From Octopus vulgaris (taxonomy: Eukaryota), in contig OX597814.1 in NCBI GenBank assembly GCA_951406725.2, positions 80,662,001 through 80,726,000 on the forward strand: DNA of 64,000 bases. Reading direction: 5' to 3'. The translations under genes and the position numbers were made by a program. A model generated the notes under the pieces. The model ran no database searches. It was not told the DNA's origin and worked only from the letters and a program-made list of their open reading frames with translations. Shown here piece after piece: positions 39,335-52,110 of the stretch (position 1 is the stretch's first letter; each line of letters opens with the position of its first letter).

Positions 39335-39868
39335 GACGTCAAGCTGGCAAAAATGTTAACATGCCGGGCGAAATACTTAGCAGTATTTCGTCTATCTTTA
39401 TGTTCTGAGTTCAAATTCCGCCAAGATCGACTTTACTTTTCATCCTCTTGGGGTCAATAAATTAAATACCAATTGTGTACAGAGGTCAGTCTAACCAACT
39501 GGCCCCCACCCCAAAATCTTCAGGCCTTGTGCCTAGAGTAGAAAAGAATCATACTACATTCTGAATTCAAATTCCACTGAGGTCAACTTTGCCTTTCATC
39601 CTTTCGGGTTCAGTACTGGGGTTGATGTCATCAACTTACTCCCTCTCTCAAAATTGCTGGCCTCGTGCAAAAATTTGAAAATAGCAGTGGGCTGGCAGAA
39701 TTGTTAACACGCTGACTAAAATGCTTAGCAGTATTTCACCCGTCGTTATGTTCTGAGTTCAAATTCTGCTGAAGTCAACTTTGCCTTGCATCCCTTTCAG
39801 GACGATGTAATCAATTAGTCCCCTCCTACCAAATTTCAGGCCTGGTGCCTTTCATAGAAAGGATTATA
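39335..39868 (+). mobile_element. tandem array of 3 SINE B copies
   Basis: Repeated gagttcaaattc...gactttgcctttcatcc units. Confidence 0.8.
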
Positions 39869-40294
39869 TTAGTTTTGTAAGAGAAACATGCAACTGACTG
39901 ACTAAAGATTTGTCATGTGAAATGCAAGCAAGATTATTATTCAGCCAGCTGGCTAATCACAACACCAGTGATTTTTCAATCACTGTTTTTCTACTTCAGT
40001 GATGATGGATTTTGTCTTAACTAGTGTGTACATGCTATTGAAATAGTCCAAAGAGGCAGAAGTGCACAGTCTACCATTCTCAACGAAGCTGCTGAACAAA
40101 TTTCATTTGCCACTGAGATATTAAATACATCTATCCATTTGTCTATACGTCTGTCTATATCAATATATATTCTGTATGTATATAGGTTTGGTGATGCAAA
40201 CAGAAAATAAAACCCAAAACGAGTATAAATGTTTTTTATTAATAATTGGCAGAGTAACTCAAGGGCCAAGAGATTATTAATAAAAAATATGTAC

Positions 40295-40330
<36 letters not shown>

Positions 40331-40502
40331 GGAGAGGGAGAGACAGACAGAGAGTAACATTTTCTCCAGGTTTATGTCTTTCTACAAATGGTATATATAT
40401 ATAGTTAATCCAAACATGAAAGCACAAAAAAAACACAACAACGCGAGGACGTGGAACAAATATAGTATTATTGGACGCTCAGGAAAGAAGGAAAGAAGGA
40501 GG

Positions 40503-40537
40503 GTTTAACGTTTCGAGCGGAGCTCTTCATCGGAAAC
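40503..40537 (-). ncRNA. minimal type-I hammerhead ribozyme-like motif in a Penelope-like remnant (~40420-40612)
   Basis: gttt-CCGATGA-a-gagc-tcc-gctc-GAAA-cg-TT-aaac: stems I and II pair; palindromic ACGT stem III. Confidence 0.6.
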
Positions 40538-41964
40538 ATAGGAGAAGGAAAGATCCAGAGAAGGGAAGACAGAGGAAAAAAATCGCCAACGGTACACACG
40601 CGGTCACATTTTGAATATATATCACACACATAGGAAGTTAGTATGCTCCGAGCATTCTGTGGTAGGTACAAAAACAACATTTAAGTACAATAATTTATTG
40701 ATATTAACAACAAGCTTCCTGCAGTTACCATCTACCAAACTCACTTGTAAGACATCAGTCAGCCTAGAGCTACAGTGGAAGATGTTTACGCAGTGGGACT
40801 GAACCTCCAATAAAGAGCTAACAAGTTAGATTTTATACCAATATGTACATATTTTTATAATATTTATAAAGAATATTGATTTATTGAAAAAAAATATAAT
40901 TCTATTATTGAATTTTAGATTTTTCTATCTTGTTAAATATTTTGTGTCTACAATGAGACACAGTACTTAAAATTTGTTGCATATTTCTATAATCTACATC
41001 TTAATACTTAATTATTCAATTAATGTATATAAATTCAATTTTATTTTATTATATTTTTATCTTGTAGATATAGATTTATTTGTCTAAATTTATAAGTTAT
41101 CTTGTTATCTATAATCACTCAGTATGTATTGGGACATAATTGATTATCGACTTAACGGTGTTGTGGGGCTTTTTTTTTTGTCATTATGTAGTTTTGAATG
41201 AATTTTCACTTTGCAGATACCTACATTTGCACATTAAAATACAATTTCTTTATAGAATTTCTTTCCATAATATTTCATAATTATTATCTCATTAACACCT
41301 TATGAGATTGTTGGTTTTAATTTGCAGTCATTAACTCCTTTCACATCTCTCAATATCAAAAAATCTAAAATTAATATTTGTCTTTGAATTTTCTAAAACT
41401 CCTTTCTTTTTTTGAGAACATGATTATTTTGTATAAGCTTGTATAGGCAGAGCTATAGTCTTCTATATTCTTCTGTCATTGGATTGCAGTCATACTGGGG
41501 TACCATCTTGAAGGGTTTAGCTGAACAAATCACCCCCAGTAATTATTCGTTAAATGTGATACTTATCAATCTCATTTGCTGAACTGCCAAATTATGGGGA
41601 TAGAAACCAACCAGCACCGGCTTTCAAGTGGTGGTGGTCAGTAAGAGTCAAACACAAAATGCACATATACATACTACAGGTTTCCACACAGTTTCCTACT
41701 ACCAAATTTTGTCACAAAGCATAAGTTAGCCTAGGGCTATAGAAGATATATGCCCAAGGCACCATACAGTAGGACTGAACCCAAAACCGTGTAGTTATAA
41801 AGCAAGTGTCTTATCCACATAGCCATGCCTGCATCTATTATATTGTTTAACATGATTTTTGTCCTTGTATAGCAACTTTTGTGTCCTCTTTTGCTTACCC
41901 ATATATATATACACACACAAACAAAGTTGTGAGATTTGAAATGTTAATGTCTTCATAAGACTTC

Positions 41965-42205
41965 TACTCTTTTACTCTTTTACTTGTTCCAGTCATTTGA
42001 CCGTGGTCATGCTGGAGCACCACCTTTAGTCAAGCAAATCGACCCCAGGACTTATTCTTTGTAAGCCTAGTACTTATTCTATCAGTCTCTTTTTGTTGAA
42101 CTGCTATGTTATGGGGATGTAAACACCGGCATCGGTTGTCAAGCTATGTTGGGGGGGGGGGGCAAACACAGACCCACAAACACATACACACACACGTACA
42201 TATAC

Positions 42206-42240
<35 letters not shown>

Positions 42241-42410
42241 CATATATACAACGGGCTTCTTTCAGTTTCCGTCTACCAAATCCACTCACAAGGCTTTGGT
42301 CGGCCCAAGGCTATAGTAGAAGACACTTGCCCAAGGTGCCATGCAGTGGGACTGAACCCGGAACCATGTGGTCCGTAAGCAAGCTACTTACCACACAGCC
42401 ACTCCTACAC
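41965..42410 (-). mobile_element. SINE family A (young); an older copy at 41470-41835
   Basis: Near-consensus, CpGs retained. Confidence 0.9.
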
Positions 42411-42574
42411 CTTCAATTTAAAATATAGATGAAAATTCTCTGCTGTTCTATGTATTAAATTCTTGATTGTAAGTTTGGATAGTCTTCATAGTGGCGACAC
42501 TTCATAGTCTTTGTATTGATGACAAACAGTCCAGTTGATCCAGTCAATGGAACAACCTACTTGTGAAATAAATG

Positions 42575-42805
42575 TGCGAGCTGGCAGAAACGTTAGCACG
42601 CCGGGCGAAATGCTTAGTGATATTTTGTCTGCCGTTACATTCTGAGTTCAAATTCGGCCGAGGTCGACTTTGCCTTTCATCCTTTCAGGATCGATAAATT
42701 AAGTACCAGTTACACACTGGGGTCGTTGTAATTGACTTAATCCTTTTGCCTGTCCTTGTTTGTCCCCTCTATGTTTAGTTCCTTCTGGGCAATAAAAAAA
42801 AAAGA
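42575..42805 (+). mobile_element. SINE family B, poly(A)-tailed subtype
   Basis: gagctggcagaaacgttagcacgccgggcgaaatgc...ttctgggcAATAAAaaaa. Confidence 0.85.
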
Positions 42806-43080
42806 AACATGTACCCTTAACATAGTTCTCAGCAAGATTCAGCATGACACAGAATGTGACAAAGCCAACTCTTTGAATTACAGGCACAATTCATTTTTAC
42901 TACCGGAGTGGACTGGAGTAACGTGAAATAAAGTGTACTGCTGAAGGGCACAACATGCTGCCGGGAATCAAACTCATATCCTTATGATCATAAGGCAATT
43001 ACCCTAACCACTAAGCCATGTGCCTTCAGTCTTTGTATTAAGAGTTTCATAAATGTGTGTATGTATATGTGGATGTATGC

Positions 43081-43114
<34 letters not shown>

Positions 43115-43898
43115 GTGCTTATGTATTGGTATATGTGTATACATGTATGTGTATATGTGTGTGCATATATATATGCGTGGGTGTTAGTGTTTGTATATGT
43201 ATATGCTTATCATCAAACATTTCCTATTTAAGCAAAAAATAATCTCTAAATTATTAGTTTGAAAGCCCCTTTCAAGCGAGAAACTCAACCAGAGTCACTT
43301 TTTTGGAAACATCTAATTATTAAAGTGGAAAAATTATCAGAAAAGCTTTTTCTATTCATTTTTTCAAATGTGTGTGTGTGTGTTTGTATGTATGTATGAA
43401 TACATTATATTGACTCTATATTGACTCATATATTCTGCAGACATCTTTTAAAGTCAATATCTACTAATTGTTTTCTCTTCTTCTTTTCCCCTTTTTCTCC
43501 TCATCATCATTTAGACAGTTGTCTTTCTTCACGTGATAAATGTGAGGAAAGACAACTGTGTTTTTATACCCACCACGCATAATAAATCACAGAAATAACA
43601 TCTGGTTTCAGTGATCTGTGTAAAGTAATATATTATATAAGATAATCCTATAAGTTGAACATATGATATCTTTAAATAATGTTATCATGACAGTTAATAT
43701 CATCATACGGAAGCTTAGCTTTCTTTGAAACTATCTTACTTGTCTGCAGCATGTAGATCCATTACATCAAAGAAAAACATATTGATTTCATCTCATTGTA
43801 GAAGTTGTATTGATGCCATATCATCAAAGTATAAACATATTGATTTATTCTTTCTGGTATACATATATATACACACACACACATATATACATATATAC

Positions 43899-43953
<55 letters not shown>

Positions 43954-46377
43954 TGTATGTATAAGAAAATGGAAGGAGATCCAAGATTTTCTAGTCATGC
44001 GGTTTCTTTAATTCTAAAAGTCAGATTGAATATGTGTCTATTGAACAGATTATATAACCAACAAGTAGTTTATCTATCTATTAAATAGACATTTTATATA
44101 TGATATATATAGTCTGATCTCAATGGAAGATTTTAATACTGTTTTATCACCATTTATTGGTGATTGTATGGGAAGCAGGAATGTACATTCTCAGAGTGCT
44201 AGTTGGGTGTTTCATGCCTCAGTAAAGACAGTAAATTGTTTTTCTTTAGAATAATTCTGTTCTTAAAGTATCACAAACAGAGCACAACCTAAAAGGGAAC
44301 TGGTTGGTTCCTTTGTTTCTAACACGTTTGGAACAATTCCAGTGGAAAGGGAAAACATTTACCTGCTAAAATAGGAGTTGGTAATAGTTGTGTAGTTAAG
44401 AAGCTTGTTTTGGGTTCACTCTCACTGTGTAACCAGTCAATGCCTTGTGAGTGAATTTAGTAGATGAAAACTGTGTGGAAACTTCTATTCTCCCTCTTTC
44501 TCTCTTGTGCCACCACCACCACCACCAGCACTTTACTTTCCCTGCTACTCACTCCCACCTACTCATCTGTATCCCTCTACCATCCCCAGCTCATAACTCA
44601 CATCTCGTCCTCCATTCAATTCTACCCTTCTTTTTGCATACATAACAGTAACAATACATAACAGTAACAATGCAGATCCCACTGCAAGAACCTACTCTAC
44701 TCCCCATCTCCATCTTCATCATAATCCCCTCATCCTCTAATATAGACTTGAACACCTCCACTTACCCCAGGGCTCATAGTCCTGCTGCAAATTGTATGGT
44801 GATCTCAATAGTGCAACTGGCACATGAAAAGCACCCAGTCCATGTTCTATAGTAGTTGGCATAAGGAAGGGCATCCAGCCATAAAACTATACCAAAGCAG
44901 ACATTGGAGCTTGGTGCAGTCTTTGAATACATTGGTTCCTGTCACCCAACTCATGCCAGAATGGAATATGGATGTTAAATGATGATAATGATGATGATGA
45001 TGACATATGTATATGCTTGACAACTGGTGTAAGTTTGTTTATGTCCTCATAACCTAGCAGTTCAACAGAAGAGACTGATAGAATAAATACCAGAAATAAA
45101 AATAAAAACTTAAGCACTGGGGTTGATTTATTCAACTAAAACCCTTCAAGGTGTGCCCCAGCATGGCCAAAGTCCAGTGAGTGAAACAAGTAAAAGTAAT
45201 AAAAAAATTAATAAAACAATCAAAATAAGAATGTGGAACTGAGATCGTTACCCAACTAAAAAACCAAAAGAAGGTAGAGAGAGGATGTTCAAATAGTGAG
45301 GTTGTTGCCATAAGTCTCTCTCAATGCTTTTTCTAAGAAACATTTCTCCCTTTTTCAGCAAATAAACAGCAGCACTACCACTATCATGAGCCCTGTTGAG
45401 GAGAAAATGAGCTGGCAGTACCAACAACTATAATTTGCCAAGCAACAAGAACAACATTGATGTTGAAAAAAATAAGAAGGGAAAATTAAACAACAGTAAT
45501 GGGTTAAGCAGCAGCAGCAACAACAACTACTACTATTACCACTACTTTCATTTCCACCAAATCAAAAATTATGTTCACAGATAGTTTGGAAGTCAGAATG
45601 AGCAAGAAAGAAATGCAAGCACATCCAACACCAACATTCGACATTCTCTGTTGTCACTGTTACCAACATAACCAACAATAGCAGCTACAGAAATGGCATT
45701 GTAAAGGTTAATTTATTTGTGACGGCCACAAGAATAACCAAATAGGATCCTCTAAAATAGAAGCAAAGAATCCTGAGAGAAGACCAAAAGCTAACACAGA
45801 GAGAAAAGAGAAGTACATACATTAACTGAACAATTAGTGGCTAGTAGCATGTGTTGTCTTAGAAGGCAGGAACACACTCCTGAATATGAGAAAGCACCTC
45901 TATAAAAACTGGTCCAGAATTAGAGTGAAATACCTGATTAAAGTAAACCACAAAAATTTGGACATACTTTTCAACCAGATAGATCTTCCAATTGATACAT
46001 TATGGTGGAAGAGAGAAGACTTTGCAGAAGCCTTTGCAGAATTTGAACTCAGAACATAAAGACAGATAAAATGCCATAAAACATTTTGTCTAAGATGCAA
46101 ACAATTTTGCAAGCTTGCTACCTTAACAATAATAATAATCCTTTCTACTACAAGCACAAGGCCTGAAATTTGGAAGGGTATTAGTCAATTACATCGATGC
46201 CAGTGCTTCACTGGCATTCAATTTACTGACCCCCAAGGGATGAGAGCAAAGTCAACCTCAACAAAATTTGAACATGGGACATAAAGACAGGTGAAATACC
46301 ACTAAGCATTTTGCCTAGTGTGCTAACAATTCTGCCAGCTTACCACCTTAATAATAATAATAATAATAATAATAATA

Positions 46378-46765
46378 GGCGCAGGAGTGGCTGTGTGGTA
46401 AGTAGCTTGTTTACCAACCACATGATTCTGGGTTCAGTCCCACTGCATGGCACCTTGGGCACGTGTCTTCTACTATAGCCTCGGGCTGACCAAAGCCTTG
46501 TGACTAGATTTGGTAGATGGAAACTGAAAGAAGCCCGTCGTATATATGTATATATATATATATGCGTGTGTGTGTTTGTGTGTCTGTGTTTGTCCCCCTA
46601 GCATTGCTTGACAACCGATGCTGGTGTGTTTATGTCCCCGTTACTTAGCGGTTCGGCAAAGCGACCGATAGAATAAGTACAGGGTTTACAAAAGAATAAG
46701 TCCCGGGGTCGAGTTGCTCGACCGCAGTCAAATGACTGAAACAAGTAAAAAATAGTAAAAGAGAG
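46378..46765 (+). mobile_element. SINE family A (young reference copy)
   Basis: ggcgcaggagtggctgtgtggtaagtagc (A box), gggttcagtccc (B box), gcaccttgggc core, tail. Confidence 0.9.
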
Positions 46766-48393
46766 TATACCACTAACACCGATTCTGAGTAAAGTAAAAG
46801 CTGGGTATATATTCAAAAGTCACCAACAAAAAGTCAATCATTTGTTATTCATGGATGACCTCAAACTTTGTGGTAAAGATAAAGCCCAAGTCAGTTCCCT
46901 CATTGATACGGTGAATACCTTCAGTGCTGCTATCAGAATGGAGTTTGGACTGAGAAAGTGTGGTGTGTTAGTCTTGAAGACAGGCAAAATCAAATGTATG
47001 GATGGGCTAAAGATACCAACGGGGGAGGTTATGAAGCAGATAGAAGAGATGGGTTATAAGTACTTGGGGATTGTGGAAATGTATAAATTGATGGAAAAAG
47101 AAAGGACAGAAAAATTTAAGGTGGAGTACTTGCGCAGACTGGGACTGATCCTTAAGTCGAAATTAAATGGACAGAATAAGATTGAAGCTATCAAAATCTG
47201 GGTGGTTTCACTCCTGAGATATGGAGTAGAGATAATCGCATGAACAGTAGATGAACTAAACAGTTTAGACAGAAAGACAAGGAAGTTGCTAACTACATAT
47301 GGGTCACTCTACCCAAAAAGTGTCACAGACAGACTGTATGCACCAAGAAAAAGAGGGGGAAGAGGACTTATTGGATGCGAACACAGCATTAGAGCAGAAG
47401 AAAACAACATAGCATAGTATGTAAAACGTGCCACAGAACCGCTATTATTAGAAGTAAGAAGGTCAGGCTTGAGTAGGATGAAAGATTACAAAGATAAAGC
47501 ACTGTAAAAGAAATTAAAACCGAATGAAACTGAAAATAGGTGGGTAAAGAAAAGAATGCATGGTCAATTTCATAGGGATGCTGAAGATAAGACAGACAGA
47601 GAAAAAAGATGGTTGTGAATGACTAAAAGTGATTTAAAACTGGAAATGGAGGCTTTAATATGTGCTGCCCAAGAACAAGCACTAAGAACAAACTACATAA
47701 AATACAGAATAGACAACACATCAGAAAGTGATAAGTGCAGAATCTGTAGACAAAATGATGAAACCGTATGGCATAGTACCAGCCAATGTACGCCACTAGC
47801 CCGGAAGGAATATAAGAGATGCTACAACAATATAGCCAGATTTGTCCATTGGAGACTTTGCAACAAGTATGCACTTAACAGAGCAGAAAATTGGTACAAC
47901 CACAAACCTGAAGGCATCATCGAAAATAAAAATGCAAAGATCCTATGGGATTTTATGATTCAGTGTGACCATGAGATAGAGAATAGGAAGCCAGACATAG
48001 TCTTAATTGAGAAAGAAAACAAACTATGCTGGATCATAGATATAGCATGCCCAGCTGACAACAAGGTATGCAATAAGGAAGAAAGAAAAGTCAAGAGATA
48101 TGACAGGTTAGCTTGGGGAGTTAAGCAGTTGTGGTCGATGAAAAAGGTATCAATAGTACCAATAATTGTCGGAGAAAAAATCTTAAGAAGTACGTGGAAC
48201 AAATAGGGCTGCAATAAGGGTGGAGCACTTGCAGAAAACAGCACTGCTTGGAACCACTTGAATACTCCAGAAGGTGCTTGAAAAATAAGAGGTATTATCT
48301 TAATTCACTGGTAGGGAACAGCTGACACGGTAGTACATCTCCAGCATTAGAAGCTGTGCAAAGGCATTGATAATAATAGTAATTATAATGATA
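46766..48393 (+). mobile_element. 5'-truncated R4/Dong-type LINE
   Basis: NHLLFMDDLKL, GYKYLG, CRICRQNDETVWH..C, RKPDIVLIEK..IIDIACP; (TAA)n tail. Confidence 0.9.
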
Positions 48394-49125
48394 ACCCTAA
48401 ATGCAGATTCTGTGATAAATTTGATGAAATAATAGACCATCTTGTCTCGGGACGTCCTGTGCTAATACTAAATGAATGCAAAAATTGCCATGATTAGATA
48501 GGATAGTATTTACATTGGAAGATATGTAAGCACTACAAAATCAGCACTCCTGCTTACTGGTATGAACATCATCCTCAGCCAGTCACTGGAGGTAAAACTG
48601 TCACTATCCTCTGAGATTTTCCAGTCAACACCAACAGGATGATCCAGGCTAATTGACCAGACATAGCTATTAAAGAAAATAGCAGAGAAGAAAATACTTG
48701 TAGACTAATAGATGTAAGTGTTCCCACTTTGACTAAGGAATTTGACTAATTAAGTAAATATAAGGACCTGGAAATTGAAATACAAAAGTTGTGGCTTCTT
48801 AAAGCAAGAACTGTTCCTGTTATTGTGGGAGTCCTTGGTATGTTATGAAAGGAATGTCAGAAATCCCAGGAGAACCATGTCTCAGAGAAATCCAAAAGAT
48901 TGTCCTAACAAATACTGCTCACCTCCTTAGAAAAACCCTATCAATTTAAATATACATGTCATATTACATGAAGATATTTCACAACTGTCCCCCTGCCACT
49001 TCCCCTCCCTGAGCTTTCAGTCAGACTGTAACATCTCTTATCCTTCACTCACCCTAGAACACTGGGTATGTCTTGGTGAGAGATTGTAACAAACATGCAA
49101 ATTAAAAGTAAATAATAATAATAAT
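48394..49125 (+). mobile_element. short 3' fragment of another R4/Dong LINE inserted in the previous tail
   Basis: CRFCDKFDEIIDHLVSG, PDI, LIDVSVP; (TAA)n tail at 49111. Confidence 0.75.
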
Positions 49126-49562
49126 TTCTACCATAGTCACAAAGCCTGATATTTTAGGAGATTTTATCAATCCCAGTACTTGACAGGTACTTATTTCATT
49201 GACCCTTATAGGATGAAAGGCAAAGTTGACCTCAGCACTCAGAACTCAGAATGTATAAATGGATGAAATGTAGTTAAGCATTTTGTCCCTTGTGCTGACG
49301 ATTCTGCCAGCTAACCACTTTATATTAAAAGCAAACAGGAAATTACACTAAACACAGTAAAAACCATAGCAGACACATCAAAAGAAAGAAACAAAAGACA
49401 TCAAAACCAGGTTTGAGTTGTTGGCTTGAGAGTTAATGTGAACATGTGTGAATGAGAGAAGATATGAGTGTGTGTGTGTGTTTGTGTTTCAATTTGTATA
49501 TGTGTTTTGAATTTTTAGAATAGATCTGGTAATGATTGTGTTCATTTGTACTTTTCTATATA

Positions 49563-50543
49563 CTGGGTATTCAGGTTAAATATGATTGTTTGCAGAAAAG
49601 AAAAGAAAACAAAATATCTCATCCAAAAATAAAAGTATTTAAAAAAAAAACTAAAAAAAATATCATCTAGATTATGATGGGAGATGACAGTTTACTCTAA
49701 GTAGCCTCCCTTAGCTTCCATTGTGACCTCAAAATGGATCTGGAAGTTGGTACATATGTTCCTTACAGTGTCCTTTGGAAGATCTTCAGACACCTTCTTG
49801 ATCTTGACCACTAGCTCAGCCTTGGTGTGTTGCAAACAGAACAGCTGGTGGCTTTCTGAACCATGCCCCACACATAGTAATCCATGGGATTACAATTGGG
49901 CATATTAAGAGGCCACAAATCAAGGTTGGTGAAGTCATGGCTGTATGCATGTATGTGTGTGTATGTATGTGTGTGTGTATGTTTATATGGATGAACTGAT
50001 ATACATGTATCTGTGTGTGTTTGTATGTATGAATTCTGTCTGCTGCCACACATGTGGCCTTCCAGCAGCAACCCTCTCCAGCCTGGGTGTGACCACAATC
50101 TCTAGTAGCTACACATTACCATTTGAACTGAACCTGAGGCCCAGTCCTACAGTTGTTGGATACATTCCAGGATGCAGACATAGTCAGAATGCCTGCTGTG
50201 TTCCTTCCTGTTGGTCACAGCTTAGTAGTCTCCATTGCAGGTGTCCATGTCATGTCTTACAGCCTTTACAGTATTCACAGGATATTGAGCAGCAATCATG
50301 CTGTCAGCATTTTGATACCCAATATGAATCACCATGATACAAGTAACTCTTTTCCAATATTCAGATGGCTTCTACTCCTTTATGTCAGCTAACTTTTTCT
50401 CAGTTACAACTTTAATCATTATGCTCTCTAATATCTATTTCTTTACTTTATGCTCTCTAATATCGTGTACTGTTCACCAATACATCAAGCTGTTACTGAA
50501 AAAAGGAGATGTAAAAATTGACAAATTTAGCCCAAACACCCTG
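49563..50543 (-). mobile_element. internally deleted DD37D/maT (Tc1-mariner) element
   Basis: TA TSD; TIR cagggtgtttgggctaaattt; WP..PNCNPMDYYVWG; homologous to 63173-63922. Confidence 0.75.
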
Positions 50544-52052
50544 TATATGCTTGTATGCATGTATGACTGCATGTATGTTATGGGGTTGTGTTGAAAACCT
50601 TATTACAAGAGGACTTTGCAGATTGAAGAGAAAAACAAGGGCAAAATGGACTGTCCCAAGCTGAAAGCAAACATCACAACAGACAGCAAGCATCAACTAG
50701 CAACCATTATTACTACGATAACCCCAATAACAACAGCTAAACCTGCTCTTGCACCAATAAACCTTTCTATTATAAGAACAAGGCTTGAAATTTTGTAGGA
50801 AGGGACTAGTTGATTGCATCAATCCCAGTACATGACTGGTACTTATTTAATCAATCTTGAACTTCAAGATGTTCCTGAAAAAAGATGTAAAAATTGACAA
50901 ATTTAGCCCAGACACCCTGTATATGCTTGTATGCATGTATGTCAATGTGTTTCGTAATGACTGCATACGTGTTTATACATACAAGTATGTCTGCATGAGT
51001 GTGCATGTGCTATGAGTGTTATACATGTTTGTATGGTTGTATGCAAAAAAAAAAAAGACCTCCTTCAATCATGCACCTAGAAAGTTCCCCTCCGAGGCAC
51101 AAATCCTGGCAAGGTTGTTTTCTGGAAGATCAGCAGTCGCCCAAGCATATCAGCCCCACCTCTCCATGCCACTGATGTTCTCTAAGGGAAAGGTAAAGGC
51201 CAATACAGCTTGACACCAGTGATGTCACAACTCATTTCTACAGCTGAGGTATCTGGAGTAATGTGAAATAAAGTGTCTTGCTGGGAATCTACCTCACAAT
51301 CTCATGATTGTGTGCCTAACACTCTAACCACTGAGCCATGCACCTTGTGTGTAAGAATTTAAAAATAAGCTTATATGCCAATTAATGTGCTTAAATATGA
51401 GTGAAAGTGTACCAGAGAGTATGAATATATCTGTGTGTATCAGAAAAAGAAAATCTGGGTGTTTTTCTTTATGTATATGTAAATGTAAAGGAATTTTTAG
51501 AATGTGTCTGGAATGCTTCAGTATGTGCTTATGTGTAGGTGTAAATGTATGCATTTGTGTATGCATTGTGAATTTTAGTTTTTCTGTTAACATGTGCATC
51601 TGTGTTTGTTTTTATACATATGGGTGTGTCTGTATGCATGTGTCCTATAAATGTAATAAATATGTGCATTTGAAAGTATGTGCGTGTGTGCGTGTGTGCA
51701 TGTATGGGTTAATGTGTATATGTATGAGTGTGTGTATGTTTGTATGCATGTATGTGTGTATGCATGTGTATGTATGTATGTGTGTGTGTGTCTGTTTATA
51801 TGGATGAACTAATATACATGTATCTATGTATGTTTGTATTTATGAATATATGTATCAATGTTCCTATCAGTCATTCTATCTCTCTCTTTCTCTCTCTCTC
51901 CCTCCCTATATATATATATATAACACACATTGTGTATGCATGAGTATGTGAATAACTGGACATGTGCACTAATACTTGTGTATAATTATATATAGGCATG
52001 TATATGTGTGAGTGCATGTGTGCAATTGTGTGTGTGTATATGCACTTGCACT

Positions 52053-52110
<58 letters not shown>

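Noticed and set aside
40025-40135. Protein-like frame CVHAIEIVQRGRSAQSTILNEAAEQISF after a possible acceptor
   Set aside because: No good donor and no recognisable domain
43990-44120. Imperfect hairpin next to a minus-strand GAAA
   Set aside because: No hammerhead 5' core; weak AT-rich pairing
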